From Azolla caroliniana (lineage: Eukaryota; Plantae; Polypodiophyta), in assembly GCA_043228905.1 (NCBI GenBank), contig JBHGNT010000020.1:12586001-12650000 (forward strand): a stretch of DNA of 64,000 nucleotides, written 5' to 3'. Shown here piece after piece: positions 26,196 to 38,400 of this stretch. Below the pieces are notes generated by a model, which had not been told where the DNA came from, made no database searches, and saw only the letters and a list, made by a program, of their open reading frames with translations. A program made the translations under genes and the position numbers. How positions within the stretch are numbered: position 1 is the first letter of the stretch; every line of letters begins with the position of its first letter.

Positions 26196-28889
26196 AAAAA
26201 CTCCTAGAACTTGAAATAGATAATCTGCTATAATATACATAACATGACCATGTATTTGGATGTATTGGTTAGAACATAACACTTGACTATAATACAAGAG
26301 GTCAAGAGTTGAAATCTTGACATGATTGGTGTCATGTCTGTGACAATTACTTGTAATTTTCTTAAATTATCATCATAACTTCGACATAAATTGTAGTATC
26401 ATCAGCAAACTCGGAATCCAAGAATTGTTGCTGCATTGAGGGCAAAGGCGGACCCTTAAGAGAAACTTGAGAAGACTTTAAATACATTGAAAATGTTTCC
26501 ACTACTAGCAAAAACAAAAATGGGGCCAATGGACAACCTTGACGTATAGAATGTAAAATAGAGAATTTTCTAGTTTGCCCACCAGCTACCAAGACCGAAC
26601 TAAAAGCCTCACGATACAACGAAGCTACAACCCTAATCCATTGGACAAGAAAATCTAACCTAAAAAACGAACCTGCCATGAAGTCCCAATTAACTCCATG
26701 AAGCTACCTTGCTATTGGTACTTGGATGGATGTTGAAGCCATAAATGTTCAATCAATGCTACATTGAATCTAGAATGCAGGTATATCCATCCACATGGTA
26801 CTCACATATTAGGCATTCTTAAACTTGTAATCCTGGCATCCTTAAACTTGTATCTTTGCATGGGAATCACCCACATAAATTATCAACTTGATAAGAAGGG
26901 TAAAGCTAAATGGAATTTTAAGGCATATTACCTTTCAAAAGGACTAACTTATAATACTTAGACAAACTAATAATAAGGATGGAGCTTCCCATAGCCTTCA
27001 TCCATGGAACTAGTAATCCATAAGGTCAATACAAATACCTTTTGTCGGTGTTCATTTCTTGTACCAAAGAAATGATTGGTTAGCATCCATCAATAAAATT
27101 GTATAGGCTATAAAAACCCAAGAAAATGCATTGAAGTTTTGGAGTTGATAGAGTTTCTCAATTGCATTAAGGTAACAAGAAGAATCTCAAAGATTTGAAG
27201 GAAGATGTTGGTTTAATAGAACTTAAGAGATGTTCACTAATATAGGAGAGTGCTTTTTAGTTAATAAGGTGATATATCTAACTTTTGAAATGGTATTGTT
27301 GGTTGGTGGTGTGGAAGGTTGTAAAAGATTATTTTCGCACATGTGATAGAGATAAAGTTAGACCAACATGCCGATCGGCCACATCAATTTTAGCATTCCT
27401 CGCCCATTTCCTGACCTTAATTTGCTTCATCAATGTCCATGGATTTCCTTGATGAACCACCAACATCTTATCAACTTGATAACATTATTTTTGTAGTTGC
27501 ACCATAAACCATGTGGGTCACAACTTGTCTTTATGGTTTTGGTAGACATTATTTTCCGCCACATGCTCTTTTTCTTCTTAAAATCCTTGTAATATCTACA
27601 TACGAGGACAATAGATTGTAAGTATCGACCTCTTTTATCAATACAAAATTTGGACATTTAGCCATTATTATGCATGATCTTTGTCGTTAGGTAATCTTAA
27701 GTCCTATAAGTTGAGATAGACTTTGTTGCATATTCCTTGTGTATGGTCTTCGAAGTAATGTGTGTTTATTACGATGATTCACTATTGTTACAAACCACAT
27801 TTGTCATGCAATTTGTGTTTGGACACATTTGTGGCGTCTTCTTGATTCATCACTTATAATTGTGTTTTTTGTTAATAGATTTTCTATTTCTCGTTATAGT
27901 TGTAGCTTATTGAACCAATAAAAGACAATGCATCAAACAATCCTTCGTTCCTGAACATGATGTAATGCATGAGTTTTGAGTATTGGTTAATGCTTGACAT
28001 GAGTATGAGGATGCCAAAACAGTTTGTACAAATGTTATTTTCTCTCTTGAGTTTTTTAAAAAGTTGCTTGTTAATGCTTAACAAGTATGCTAGGATCTAA
28101 ATGTTGTACTAAAACACAATGTTGAGACCTCCATGAGAGTGTGGAAAATGGCGACCTTTATCTGATGAATAATATCAAGATATCTACATTCCATGAGCAT
28201 GAACAACATCTTAACAAAGATAGAGTTTGGACACATATTTCTCCAAAAGTGGTTGTATATATAAACTTTTTTGCATGTTGGACATCGTCATTGTCATGCC
28301 AAGTGAGCCTCTTGTTGGAGTGGAGGATTTAGAACTGCCTTGTGATTCTTAATCTTAAGGTTTGTTGTTAATCTTGGGTTTCTTAATAGAGAAAAACTAG
28401 TTATAATTGGTGGCATGGGATCTACATAGCATGGTTGGTCAAACATTGAATCACCATTAGTATGTAAGCTAAAGGATTTTGATGACTTTTGGAAAGTACA
28501 TTGATCTATTCATGGCTTGGATGAACACTATCATATCGAGGCGTCCTCTAGAATTGTATATTATGAGAGAGACATCCAATATTTTAGGGAAGTAAAAACT
28601 GAACTCTAATTTTTCTAGACAACTTACTCTCAAAGAACATATCCTTATACACATTGGTGCCTTGTAAACTTTTAGTATTGTAACATTTCATAGTAAACTT
28701 CTTGAACATCAAGAGAGAATCATCAACTATAACATATGGTGGGTATCATGATATGGCAAGACTCAAACCCATGACCTTATGTTATATGGGTCAAGCTCTT
28801 GACCATTATACCATCTATTATAATACGTAGGATATTATTTTCATTTAAGTTTTATTATAGGAAATTAATGTATTTTCCAGATTTCTCTG

Positions 28890-28934
28890 GAACATTCTAG
28901 AAGCTTCAGGATTACTCCTGAGAACACTATAAAA
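28890..28934 (+). promoter_or_regulatory. Perfect 4-unit heat shock element plus TATA box in the chromovirus LTR (HSE copy at 35277-35294)
   Basis: GAAcaTTCtaGAAgcTTC at 28890-28907; TATAAAA at 28928-28934. Confidence 0.75.
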
Positions 28935-29041
28935 GAAGGCATTAGGCATTATTTTGAACCAAATTGGTTCAACGCCAGTCTTAAGACTCATAGCCCTTTT
29001 GTACTTACTCTTCACATAATATATCCTCTGTTATCATCATC

Positions 29042-29090
<49 letters not shown>

Positions 29091-29215
29091 CTCGCTATCT
29101 CTCATCCTCGTTATCTCTCTCTCTCTCCTCTTCTCTCTTCCTCTCTCGGGAGTCTCACGCAGTCCCGTCCTCTTAGTACTAATAGTACTTCCCTTTTTTA
29201 AGTACTAATTCTCTC

Positions 29216-29391
29216 TTGTTCCAAGGCAACAAATTTTTCTTTTAGACATTGTAGCTCGGAGAAAACAGATTGATATGCTTGGGCGCTAACAGTAGCCATA
29301 GTATAGTAAAAAGGGTAGGAGGATGAAGAAAAACGACAAGTAGACTTGAGGGAAAATTGGTTCAAACTATCAGGAATAGTACTAAAACAGA
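29216..29391 (-). other. 176-bp inversion containing the 5' LTR end, PBS and first 28 gag codons
   Basis: The reverse complement restores the LTR end matching 39406-39430, PBS GTTTGAACCAATTT, and ATG MATVSAQAYQSVFSELQCLKEKFVALEQ in frame with ENQRLIGDLQQ at 29392. Confidence 0.93.
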
Positions 29392-32300
29392 GAAAACCAA
29401 CGATTGATAGGGGATCTGCAACAAATCGCTCTCAAAAAACAACAAACACAGCAACAACATGGGGAGTTAGCGTTACGGGTACAACAACTCGAAGTAGGGT
29501 TGCAACAACAAGGATCAAGTCCCCAAGGATTTCATAAAGAGCCCAAGATTGGACTTCTTGTGAAATTTGATGGAACGCGATCACAATTCATGGGATTCCT
29601 TAATCAGGTACGCTTAGTCATCCAAATGCATCCTTCTCGATACCCATTGATGCATCCCGAGTCGGCCTAATAGGCACGTTGTTTAGTGGCTCAGCCTTAG
29701 CATGGTTCGCTCCGCTTCTAGAAAAACAATCGCCCTTGCTTAATAACTTTGAAGACTTTATTAGTGAGTTTAAAGCCTGCTTTGGAGATACCGACAACAT
29801 CCGGACAACGATCAACAAAATCCGACGATTGCGTCAAGGCGATCGTCCAGCCTCTGCCTACGTGGCGGATTTCCCTCTACTCGCCTGAGATATCTCTTGG
29901 GATGATCAAGCACTAATAGAGCAGTTTCGCTATGGCCTGCGAAACGATGTCAAAGATTTACTTTTAACCTTCCCCGAAGAACCAAAGTCTCTTACGGAGG
30001 CAATTAGTCAAGCGGTCCAATGCGACAACCGCCTTTTTGAACGGCATTTGGAACGTCAATTACAAATACCACGCTTTAGGGCGGAGCCCACATACGCCTC
30101 AATTGTGGCTAAACCGTTTGCACGCGACGTACCTCAAGCAAATACTTCGACATCGATGGAGATTGACACCATGCGTCTACGTGACCCATTATTGGAAGAA
30201 GAAAAACAACGATGACGTGCAAATCGATTATGTCTTTATTGCAGTGGACCAGGGCATATTGCAATCAATTGTCCCCATAGGCCAAGAAGACAGGTAAATC
30301 AAATTGTAGCCTGTACTAAACCCGAGTCAATTCTTCCCTTAGGAGTATCTAATAGTATTAATAATACTAATAGAGTGTCTGATAGTATTAATAGTACTAA
30401 TAGCCCAAGTATCTCAAATAAATTTGAAATCCTTAGTCAATTCGATGAAGAGTTAAACGATTGAGTCCAGCCAAAATAGGAGCCGTTCTGTACAACCCAT
30501 TAGTGGTTCCATTCCCTCCAAGCAAGTTAGCAATGTGTTCCTAGCCCAAGTCATGGTTAGTACTAAAAGTACTCCCCAAGTACATGTCCTAGCACCTCAA
30601 GATTGTGGAGCTAATTCCTGTTTCATGGATCGAAATTTTGCCCAAGCTTCTCAGATATCCTTAAGAAAACTTCCGTGCCCCACATCTGTAGTAGTCATTG
30701 ATGGTCGTCCCATTGCTTCCGGGAATATTGTAGAAGAGTCAGAACCCATTCAAGTTGTCCTAGGTAGTTTTGTGTGTGTAGTATCATTTAATATAATTAG
30801 TAGTCCAGAGCATCCCATTATCCTGGGATTACCTTGGTTTGAATTACATAATCCCAACATAGATTAGAGAACAAGAGAAGTCCGATATCGACAACCCCAA
30901 GAATCTACTCATCGAGTTTCGACCATTTCACTCCATCAATTATGCAAAGAAGGACACAAGGAGGCAATGTTCCTATTTGCAATATCAGTACATCCTTCCA
31001 GCACTATTAAGGAGGAATCCCTAGTGCAACGTCCGACAAAATATCATCCTTATGCCGATGTATTGGACAAGGTAAAAGCCGGTACTCTTCCTCATCATCG
31101 TCCCTATGATTGTCCCATCGATTTACAACCAAGAACAGAGCCACCATGGGGACCAATTTACAACTTGTCACCCACCGAGTTAGAAGTCCTTCGAGCCTAC
31201 ATAGAGGAGAACTTGACAAGTGGGTTTATTCGTCATTCGAAATCTCCAATCAGTGCACCCATCTTCTTTGTCAAGAAGAAAGATGGCTCACTTCGTCTCG
31301 TCGTTGATTACCGCAGCTTGAATAAAGTCACCATTCGGAATAGGTATGCACTTCCTCTTATATCAAGTCTTTTAGAGCGAGTTAATGGTGCCAAGGTTTT
31401 TACAAAAATTGATCTACGAGGAGCGTATAACCTCGTGCAGATCCGACCGGGAGATGAATGGAAGACCGCCTTTCGCACGCGGTATGGGCATTTCGAATAT
31501 ACTGTTATGTCGTTTGGTCTAACCAATGCACCTACAGTCTTCCAACACATGGCAAATGATATATTCAAAGAACTCTTGGATATCTGTTTGATCATCTATC
31601 TGGATGATCTATTGATTTATTCGAAGACCTAGGAAGAGCACGATTCTCATGTACTATTAGTACTAAAACGATTCCGCGAGAATGGTCTTTATGCCAAGCT
31701 AGAAAAATGTAGCTTTGACTGCAAGCAAGTGGAATTTCTAGGCTACGTCATCTCCTCAAAGCGCATCTCCATGGATCCAGCTAAAGTCCAAACTGTGCTA
31801 GAGTGGCAAATTCCACGGTCGGTATGAGATGTACAATGTTTTCTAGGTTTTGCTAACTTCTACTGCAAGTTTATACAGGATTACTCGAAGATTATTTTAC
31901 CTCTCACACAACTTACGAAGAAGGGACAAACATTTCTTTGGACCAATGAAGCGGACATGGCTTTTCGGCATCTTAAGAACGCCTTTACATCAACTCCTAT
32001 TCTAGCACAAGTGGATACAAACAAACCATTCATCATGGAGGCCGATGCATCGGATTTCGCCCTAGGTAGCATCCTTTCTCAACAAGGAGATAAAGAAAAG
32101 TTACATCCTGTGGCTTTCCATTCGCGCAAATTCGATGCCGCAGAAATCAACTACGAAATACATGACAATGAGTTATTAGCCATCGTGGATTCCTTTGTGC
32201 AATGGCGGTATTTCTTAGAGGGCTCTCCACATCAGGTCATCGTCTTTAGTGATCACAAAAATCTTGCTTATTTCCAGAACGCTCAGGTGCTAAATTGACA

Positions 32301-33371
32301 GCAAGCTCAGTGGGCTCAATTCCTCACGTGTTTTGACTTCAAAATCACATATCGACCGGGGAAGCAGCAAAGAAAAGTAGATGAGCTATCACGACGTTCA
32401 TATCTTGCACCTTGTCCTGGTGATCCAGCGTTTGATAATCAAAAGCAAGTAATCTTGGGACCAAGACGATTGCACACAACACAGATTTTTCACACCCCAA
32501 TGGATTCCCGGATTACCGATGCCATACGTGCGAACTTGAAGATAGACAGTTTTGCTCAAGACATTCTGGCGCACATTGATACCTCTTGGGCATCCTGTTC
32601 CCAATCTCAACAACCAAGTATGGACTACCGAAAATTCGAACATCATGATGGTTTGTTATTCTTTAAAAAGCTTGTATATGTCCCCGATTGCTCCTATCGC
32701 CTTCAAATCGTCCAAAATTGTCACAACACCCATATGGCAGGACATTTCGGTAGTACTAAGACGTTGGACCTCGTTCAACGATCTTTTTGGTGGCCCCATA
32801 TGTGACGTTTTGTCAACGACTACGTTCGGACTTGTGATGCTTGCTGCCGAGTAAAGATGCCCCGACACCATCCATATGGCTTGTTGGAACCCTTACCGAT
32901 TCCAAGTAAGCCGTGGCAGTCTATTTGTCTTGATTTTATCACAGATCTACAGGTGTCGAAGGGGTTCGATGCTATCTTAACCGTCGTCGATCGATATACT
33001 AAGATCACACATTTTGTGCCGTGTACTAAGGCCATCACTAGTGAGGAAACCGCCGCCCTTGTCATGCATGAGGTATTTCGGCATCACAACCTCCTAGACA
33101 GTATCATCAGTGACCGAGGACCTCAATTCGTCTCCAAATTTTGGCAGCATCTCTTCGAGATGCTTAAGGTCTCTTACAACTTGTCCTCCGGCTACCATCC
33201 CCAGACCAATGGGCAGGCGGAACGAACAAACCAAACGCTGGAACAATATCTCCGGTGTTTTCTGAGTTATCAACAGGATGATTGGACCGAGATTCTCCAC
33301 TTTGCGGAGTTTGCATATAATAATGTTGTTCCCTCCTTGACTCGGGTCTCCCCATTTTACGCTTATACCAG

Positions 33372-34333
33372 TGTTGCGGTATTCCGCGGGTATGTGTAGG
33401 ATCTTAGGCGGGACCGCGGGGGTCTTGAACTAGGGAGACAGATGGTAGAGTCCTTATGCTTTGCAGGCTTCGGTCCAGAACCGGCTTCCGGCTCCAACGA
33501 AGGTAGGGTTTCACAAAAGGACGGCTCACCGCGAATATGGACCCGACTCAAATATGTTACAAGGAAGATAGATATACACTAACATGAATATATATAACAA
33601 GAGTTTACAACAAGACGGTTACATGCCCCGAATCTAGTGGCTATTACAAACAATCGGCTAATACATCAAGATAAGAATGGGAACTGGCGAAGGGGAGTCA
33701 AGTGGGCCGCCGGGACCGCGATGTCCACCGTTGGTCACACCCCGAAGACGATGGAGTGTTCCCGTCTCGAACCGGCCGCCACACAAAACGCTCTCCATCG
33801 AGGAGAGGAAGCCGAATCACCAAGTGCCGCCACCGGAATGCCTAAAGCTGTCGTTGTAGGAACCCCCAAACCAAACCAAACTCTCACACGAAGAAGAGAG
33901 AGTAACACCCGGAGACCCCAAGTACATAAACCCTAACTCGCACGAACTCTCTCAAGAAGAAGAACCTAAAGAGAATACTAACTTCCACCCAAAAGAGGGA
34001 ACCAAACCTATCAGAAAATGAAGAAGAAGACTCAAATGAAACCCTAAACGAAATAGAGTGAAAAGACCAAAATGGAAACCCTAAGAGAACAAGAATAAGA
34101 TGTAGAGGAAGAACACTACCAAACCCTAGACCTAAGTGGTATACCCTCCTAACTCCAAAATGGGCAACCCTTTAACAAAGGGTGCTCCTTTCCTTTTATA
34201 GAACAAGGAGAGGGATGCGTTACAATGTGGGATAAATACTCCCCCTTATTCTATACACCGTTTCCTACTATACATGTGCAACATGTGCCCATTCCACCCC
34301 TGTTTCACACTATAGCCGGAAATCTTCACGACA
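33372..34333 (-). mobile_element. Solo LTR (962 bp) of the 4-bp-TSD gypsy group, inserted in the chromovirus integrase
   Basis: TG..CA termini similar to the LTRs at 52586 and 55352; 34140-34240 is the reverse complement of ~55490-55590; TSD CCAG/CCGG; removing it restores YAYTGSHP. Confidence 0.88.
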
Positions 34334-34544
34334 CCGGTTCTCATCCTCCTTGGTTGGTTAGTGATCGACACCCCGGAGCTACCTACCAATCCTCATGCCG
34401 AGGCGTTTCCTACTATACATGTGCAACATGTGCCCATTCCACCCTTGTTTCACACTATAGCCGGAAATCTTCACGACACCGGTTCTCATCCTCGTTGGTT
34501 AGTGATCGACACCCCAGAGCTACCTACCAATCCTCGTGCCGAGG
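34259..34544. repeat. ~143-bp tandem duplication spanning the solo-LTR/integrase junction
   Basis: cgtttcctactatacatg...gccgagg at 34259-34403 and 34404-34544. Confidence 0.92.
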
Positions 34545-35135
34545 ATCATTTGGAGAGGCTACACAAGATCCAGATAGATATCTCTACTCATCTTCGTCAT
34601 GCTCAACACAACACACAGAAGACTTATGCGGATCGTCATCGGCTTCCCTCCTCTTTTGCCATCGGAGATCGACTATGGCTCTTACGTCGTCACATCAAGA
34701 CTACTCGACCGTGCGACAAGTTGGATTATCGACGACTCGGTCCTTTCCGTATTACTAGTAAGGTTAATGATGTGACGTTCCGCCTTGATCTCCCTCCGCA
34801 TCTTCAGATACATCCGGTTTTCCATAGCTCTCTTCTTGAACCTTATAAAACAAACACTATTCCCGATCGTGTTACACCACCACTACCCCCGCTTGAGTTG
34901 GAAGCCGGCCCGGAGTATGAAGTTACTGCCGTCCTCGATTCCAAACTTGTTCGCAACAAACTTTATTATTTGGTCGATTGGCTCGGCTATAGTCCGAGCG
35001 AACGTACTTGGGAACTTGTCGAGCATGTCGCCAATGCTCAGGATCTTCTTGCTGAGTTCCACCGAAAGTATCCGGACAAACCCGGTTCGCAATTAGCGCC
35101 GACTCGTTCCACTCGTCGTCTTAAGGGGAAGATAG

Positions 35136-35205
35136 TGTCATGGCAAGACTCGAACCCATGACCTTATGTTATATGGGTCGAGCTCTTGACCATTACACCA
35201 TCTAT
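35136..35205 (-). other. tRNA-like (Pol III A/B-box) module at the start of the chromovirus LTR; copy at 28744-28817
   Basis: Minus strand reads AGA-TGGTGTAATGG-TCAAGAGCTCGACCCATATAACATA-AGGTC-ATG-GGTTCGAGTC-TTGCCATGACA, with tRNA-like A-to-B box spacing. Confidence 0.65.
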
Positions 35206-35428
35206 TGTAATACATAAGATATTATTTTCATTTAAGTTTTATTATAGGAAATTAATGTATATTCCAGATTTCTCTGGAACATTCTAGAAGCTTCAGGATT
35301 ACTCCTGAGAACACTATAAAAGAAGGCACTATGCGTTATTTTGAACCAAATTGGTTCAACGCCAGTCTTAAGCCTCATAGCCCTTTTGTACTTACTCTTC
35401 ACATAATATATCCTTTGTTATCATCATC

Positions 35429-35476
<48 letters not shown>

Positions 35477-35479
<3 letters not shown>

Positions 35480-38400
35480 ATTTTCTTTCTTTCTGTGCGT
35501 CTGTTTCTCTCCCTCCATCATTATCTACGTTCTATAGCTCCCTGGAAAGCTCTTTCAGAGAGATTTCTAACGAATGTTTATTTGCTAAATTCCGTTGCCG
35601 GAGTGAGGAGTTATGAGCATTTTCGTCCGCGGCCCTCTCGTGACCCCTCAAACTCAAGGTAGATTTTGAAACCCTAAATCGATTGAAAGGTACATTCTAC
35701 TTCTTCTATCATTTTATTAATAGTAAATATGCCAAGAGGAGTAAAAGACAATGATGATGTGATTGAAAGCCCAAACAATCAAATGCATACATTGTCAATG
35801 GAGAAGATCGCAACTATGTATATCTCATTTCAAGAGACAATGATGCATATGCAAAGTGAATTGTATGCTTGTAAGGAGAGGGAATTAACTCTTCAACATA
35901 CATTGGAAATGCAAAAGTTAGAGATGAAAGCTACTACATGCAATGAAGAACATGACTATTCAAATGCAAGATAATAGGATGCCTAAAATCGAAAGAAATT
36001 TTTTGAGTCTTGAAGCAGAAAAATCAGAGATTTTAGTGAAGGCAAATGCCGAAATAAAATCTACAATTGAAGGGAAGGAAGATGTGATCATGACAAGGTG
36101 GAAAGATGTTCTCTTGAAAGAAACACCAAAAATCACGCAAAAACATCCAAATACCATGGATGTGTTAGATGTAAAGGAGCAATATGAAATCGAAATCGAA
36201 AGAATAATATTGTCATTAGAGGTATGCAAGAGAATGAAATAGAGAATGCATTATCTCTTGGACAAAATATTACGAAATTCTTTGAGGATCACTTTGCTAT
36301 GCGAGATGTTATTGTATATGCCTCACATCGGGTTGGCAAAAAGCAACAAGAGGGAAAGACATCTCGAGCTATTGTTTGTACAATCCTCGATGAACGTAAA
36401 AGGGCAATGATTCTAGATAGTAGTAAGGTGTACTTAAAAGGGCAACAAAGGATAAAACTCCACAAGAGCAAGATTCGATATGGCCTGACTCCAAAGGGGA
36501 TATTGGGCGTGCTGGGATAACATGTATCTACCATGAGAGCTTAGATAGTTCTATCAAAGTATGCAAATATGATGGCTATAAGAGATACATATGGATAGAG
36601 GTTAATTTGGGGAAAGAGAAGTTGTATATAGTTGCATGTTATATTCCTCACAAAGACTCAAACTACTATAGTAGGTTTGGGTTAGATTGTGATGATCCTT
36701 TTACAGAGTTATGCTATGATATACTTTCATTTGAGAAGCTTGGTAAAGTTTTAATTATGGGAGGCTTCAATGCAAGAGTTGGAAATTTCCAAAATGTGGA
36801 GACATTTGAAGAAAATGTAGTAAAACATTGTCTATTGCGTGACTCAGAGGATTATGTCATGTCAGATTATGGAAAACTTTTGATACATATGCTAAATTGC
36901 ACAAAATTGATTATCCTAAATGGAGTAAAGGCATTCACATTGACAAACGTGCTCACATGTTTACCATCCTCAGGTGGAGGAAGTGTGGTTGATTATGTAT
37001 TAATGTTGGCATGTGATCTATCATTGGTGAATGTGTTTAAAGTTGGTTCGCTATCTCCGGACTCAGACCACACGCCATTGTACTTAGAGCTTGCAATTAC
37101 ACATTCCACTAGATGTCGTGAAGGGAAAGACGAAAAGAGATGTATCATCTGACCTTGCTACGAAGAGATGCTAGACTATGTACAAAGGTTATATATGCAT
37201 GAAGGTGTGGCTCCTATGGTTGAGAAAATTGAAACTCCATGCACTACATGTATCGATATTGAAGATATCAATAAGGGAATAAAGAAGATGGGAAGTGGGA
37301 AAGCAGCAGATTCAACCTAGGTCTCAAGTGAGCTTTTAAAATGGACAATGGCACACCCTCGTCATTGGATAATGACAATTTTAGAGCAAGCTATAAAACA
37401 AGGATTTCCAAATGATTGGCTTATGAATTGGATTAAACCAATATTTAAAGGTGGAGATAAGAATCAAGGAGCAAATTATCGTACAATAATGGTGAGCTCA
37501 ACTATTGCTAAATTATATAGTACTATTATGGAGCAAAAGATAAGCACATGGGCTAAGAGTACAAGCAAAAGAGCACTTGGGCAAGCCGGATTTAGACCAA
37601 AACACTCCACCATGGATCATTTGGTCACATTAAAAGTGATCATGGAAGAGAGTCGACTACAAGGAAGAACACTTTATTGTTGTTTTGTTGATTTCAAGAA
37701 AGATTTTGATATCGTACCACGAAGTGAGCTTTGGAATAGAATGGTAGACATTGACATGCCATTAGAGTACCGAGTTGCGGTTGCACGCCTATATGAACAA
37801 GTTAAATGCCAACTAAAAATGGATAGTGGATTCTCAAAGAGCTTTTTAAGTAACATGGGGGTCAAGCAAGGATGTCCACTATCACCCACACTCTTTGGCT
37901 TATGTATTGATAAATTAGAAGAAGTGGTGAATAAGGTTTCAAGAGAAGAAGGATTGAATGACCCAATTTGATGCAACATGTTATCTTATTGCTTCTATAT
38001 GTAGATGATGTGGTACTCTTCTCATATGATGTTGATAGTATGCAACATTTACTTGGGGTATTAGAAGAATTTTGCCATAGTAGTGGACTAGCAGTGAATG
38101 TGGAGAAAACAAAAATGATGGTAGTGCAAACCATCCAACCTCATCATTACCCTATGATCACATATAAAGGTGAACATATAAAATTTGTTCAAAGCTTTAA
38201 ATATCTTGGTATTGATGTACCTGCCACAAATAAATGGAGTGCATGCTTTGATTCTAGACTCCAAGCCGGTTGGAAATCATATTACCTTTTGGAGAACCAA
38301 TGCAACCAAAGTGATACTTGTGGATGGGAAGTAAAATTAATGTTGTTCAATGCCATGGTAACTCAAGTATTGCTTTATGGAGTAGAAGTATGGGGTGACG

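Larger units (their letters stand above)
24417..26345 (-). mobile_element. Non-autonomous, non-coding LTR element (1.93 kb, TRIM/LARD-like)
   Basis: LTRs 24417-24851 and 25925-26345; TSD ATTAA/ATTAC; PPT AAGGGGAGGATAA next to the left LTR; non-tRNA PBS GTTTGAATCCCTT next to the right LTR; no recognisable coding domains. Confidence 0.9.
18950..26700 (-). mobile_element. Fragmented L1-type LINE ORF2, split by the insertions at 20211-23883 and 24417-26345
   Basis: RQGCPLAP/FADD (26362-26679); KINWHKS..YLG..RKLLLWD..LS...RVLVANQVL (24012-24416); IWKTRCDSIFNN (~19070-19140). The pieces are collinear on the minus strand. Confidence 0.8.
29392..35135 (+). pseudogene. Chromovirus gag-pol pseudogene
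   Basis: Collinear ORF fragments (29404-30297 gag; 30535-33370 PR-RT-RH-INT; 34480-35135 INT C-terminus and chromodomain) with many stops. Confidence 0.93.

Noticed and set aside
26750-28700. Possible additional exons or a transposase remnant in intron 2
   Set aside because: AT-rich with short ORFs, no recognisable motifs and no convincing exon; exons 2 and 3 already join in frame.
35136-35205. Functional tRNA gene
   Set aside because: Acceptor and T stems pair poorly and it is part of an LTR; reported only as tRNA-like.
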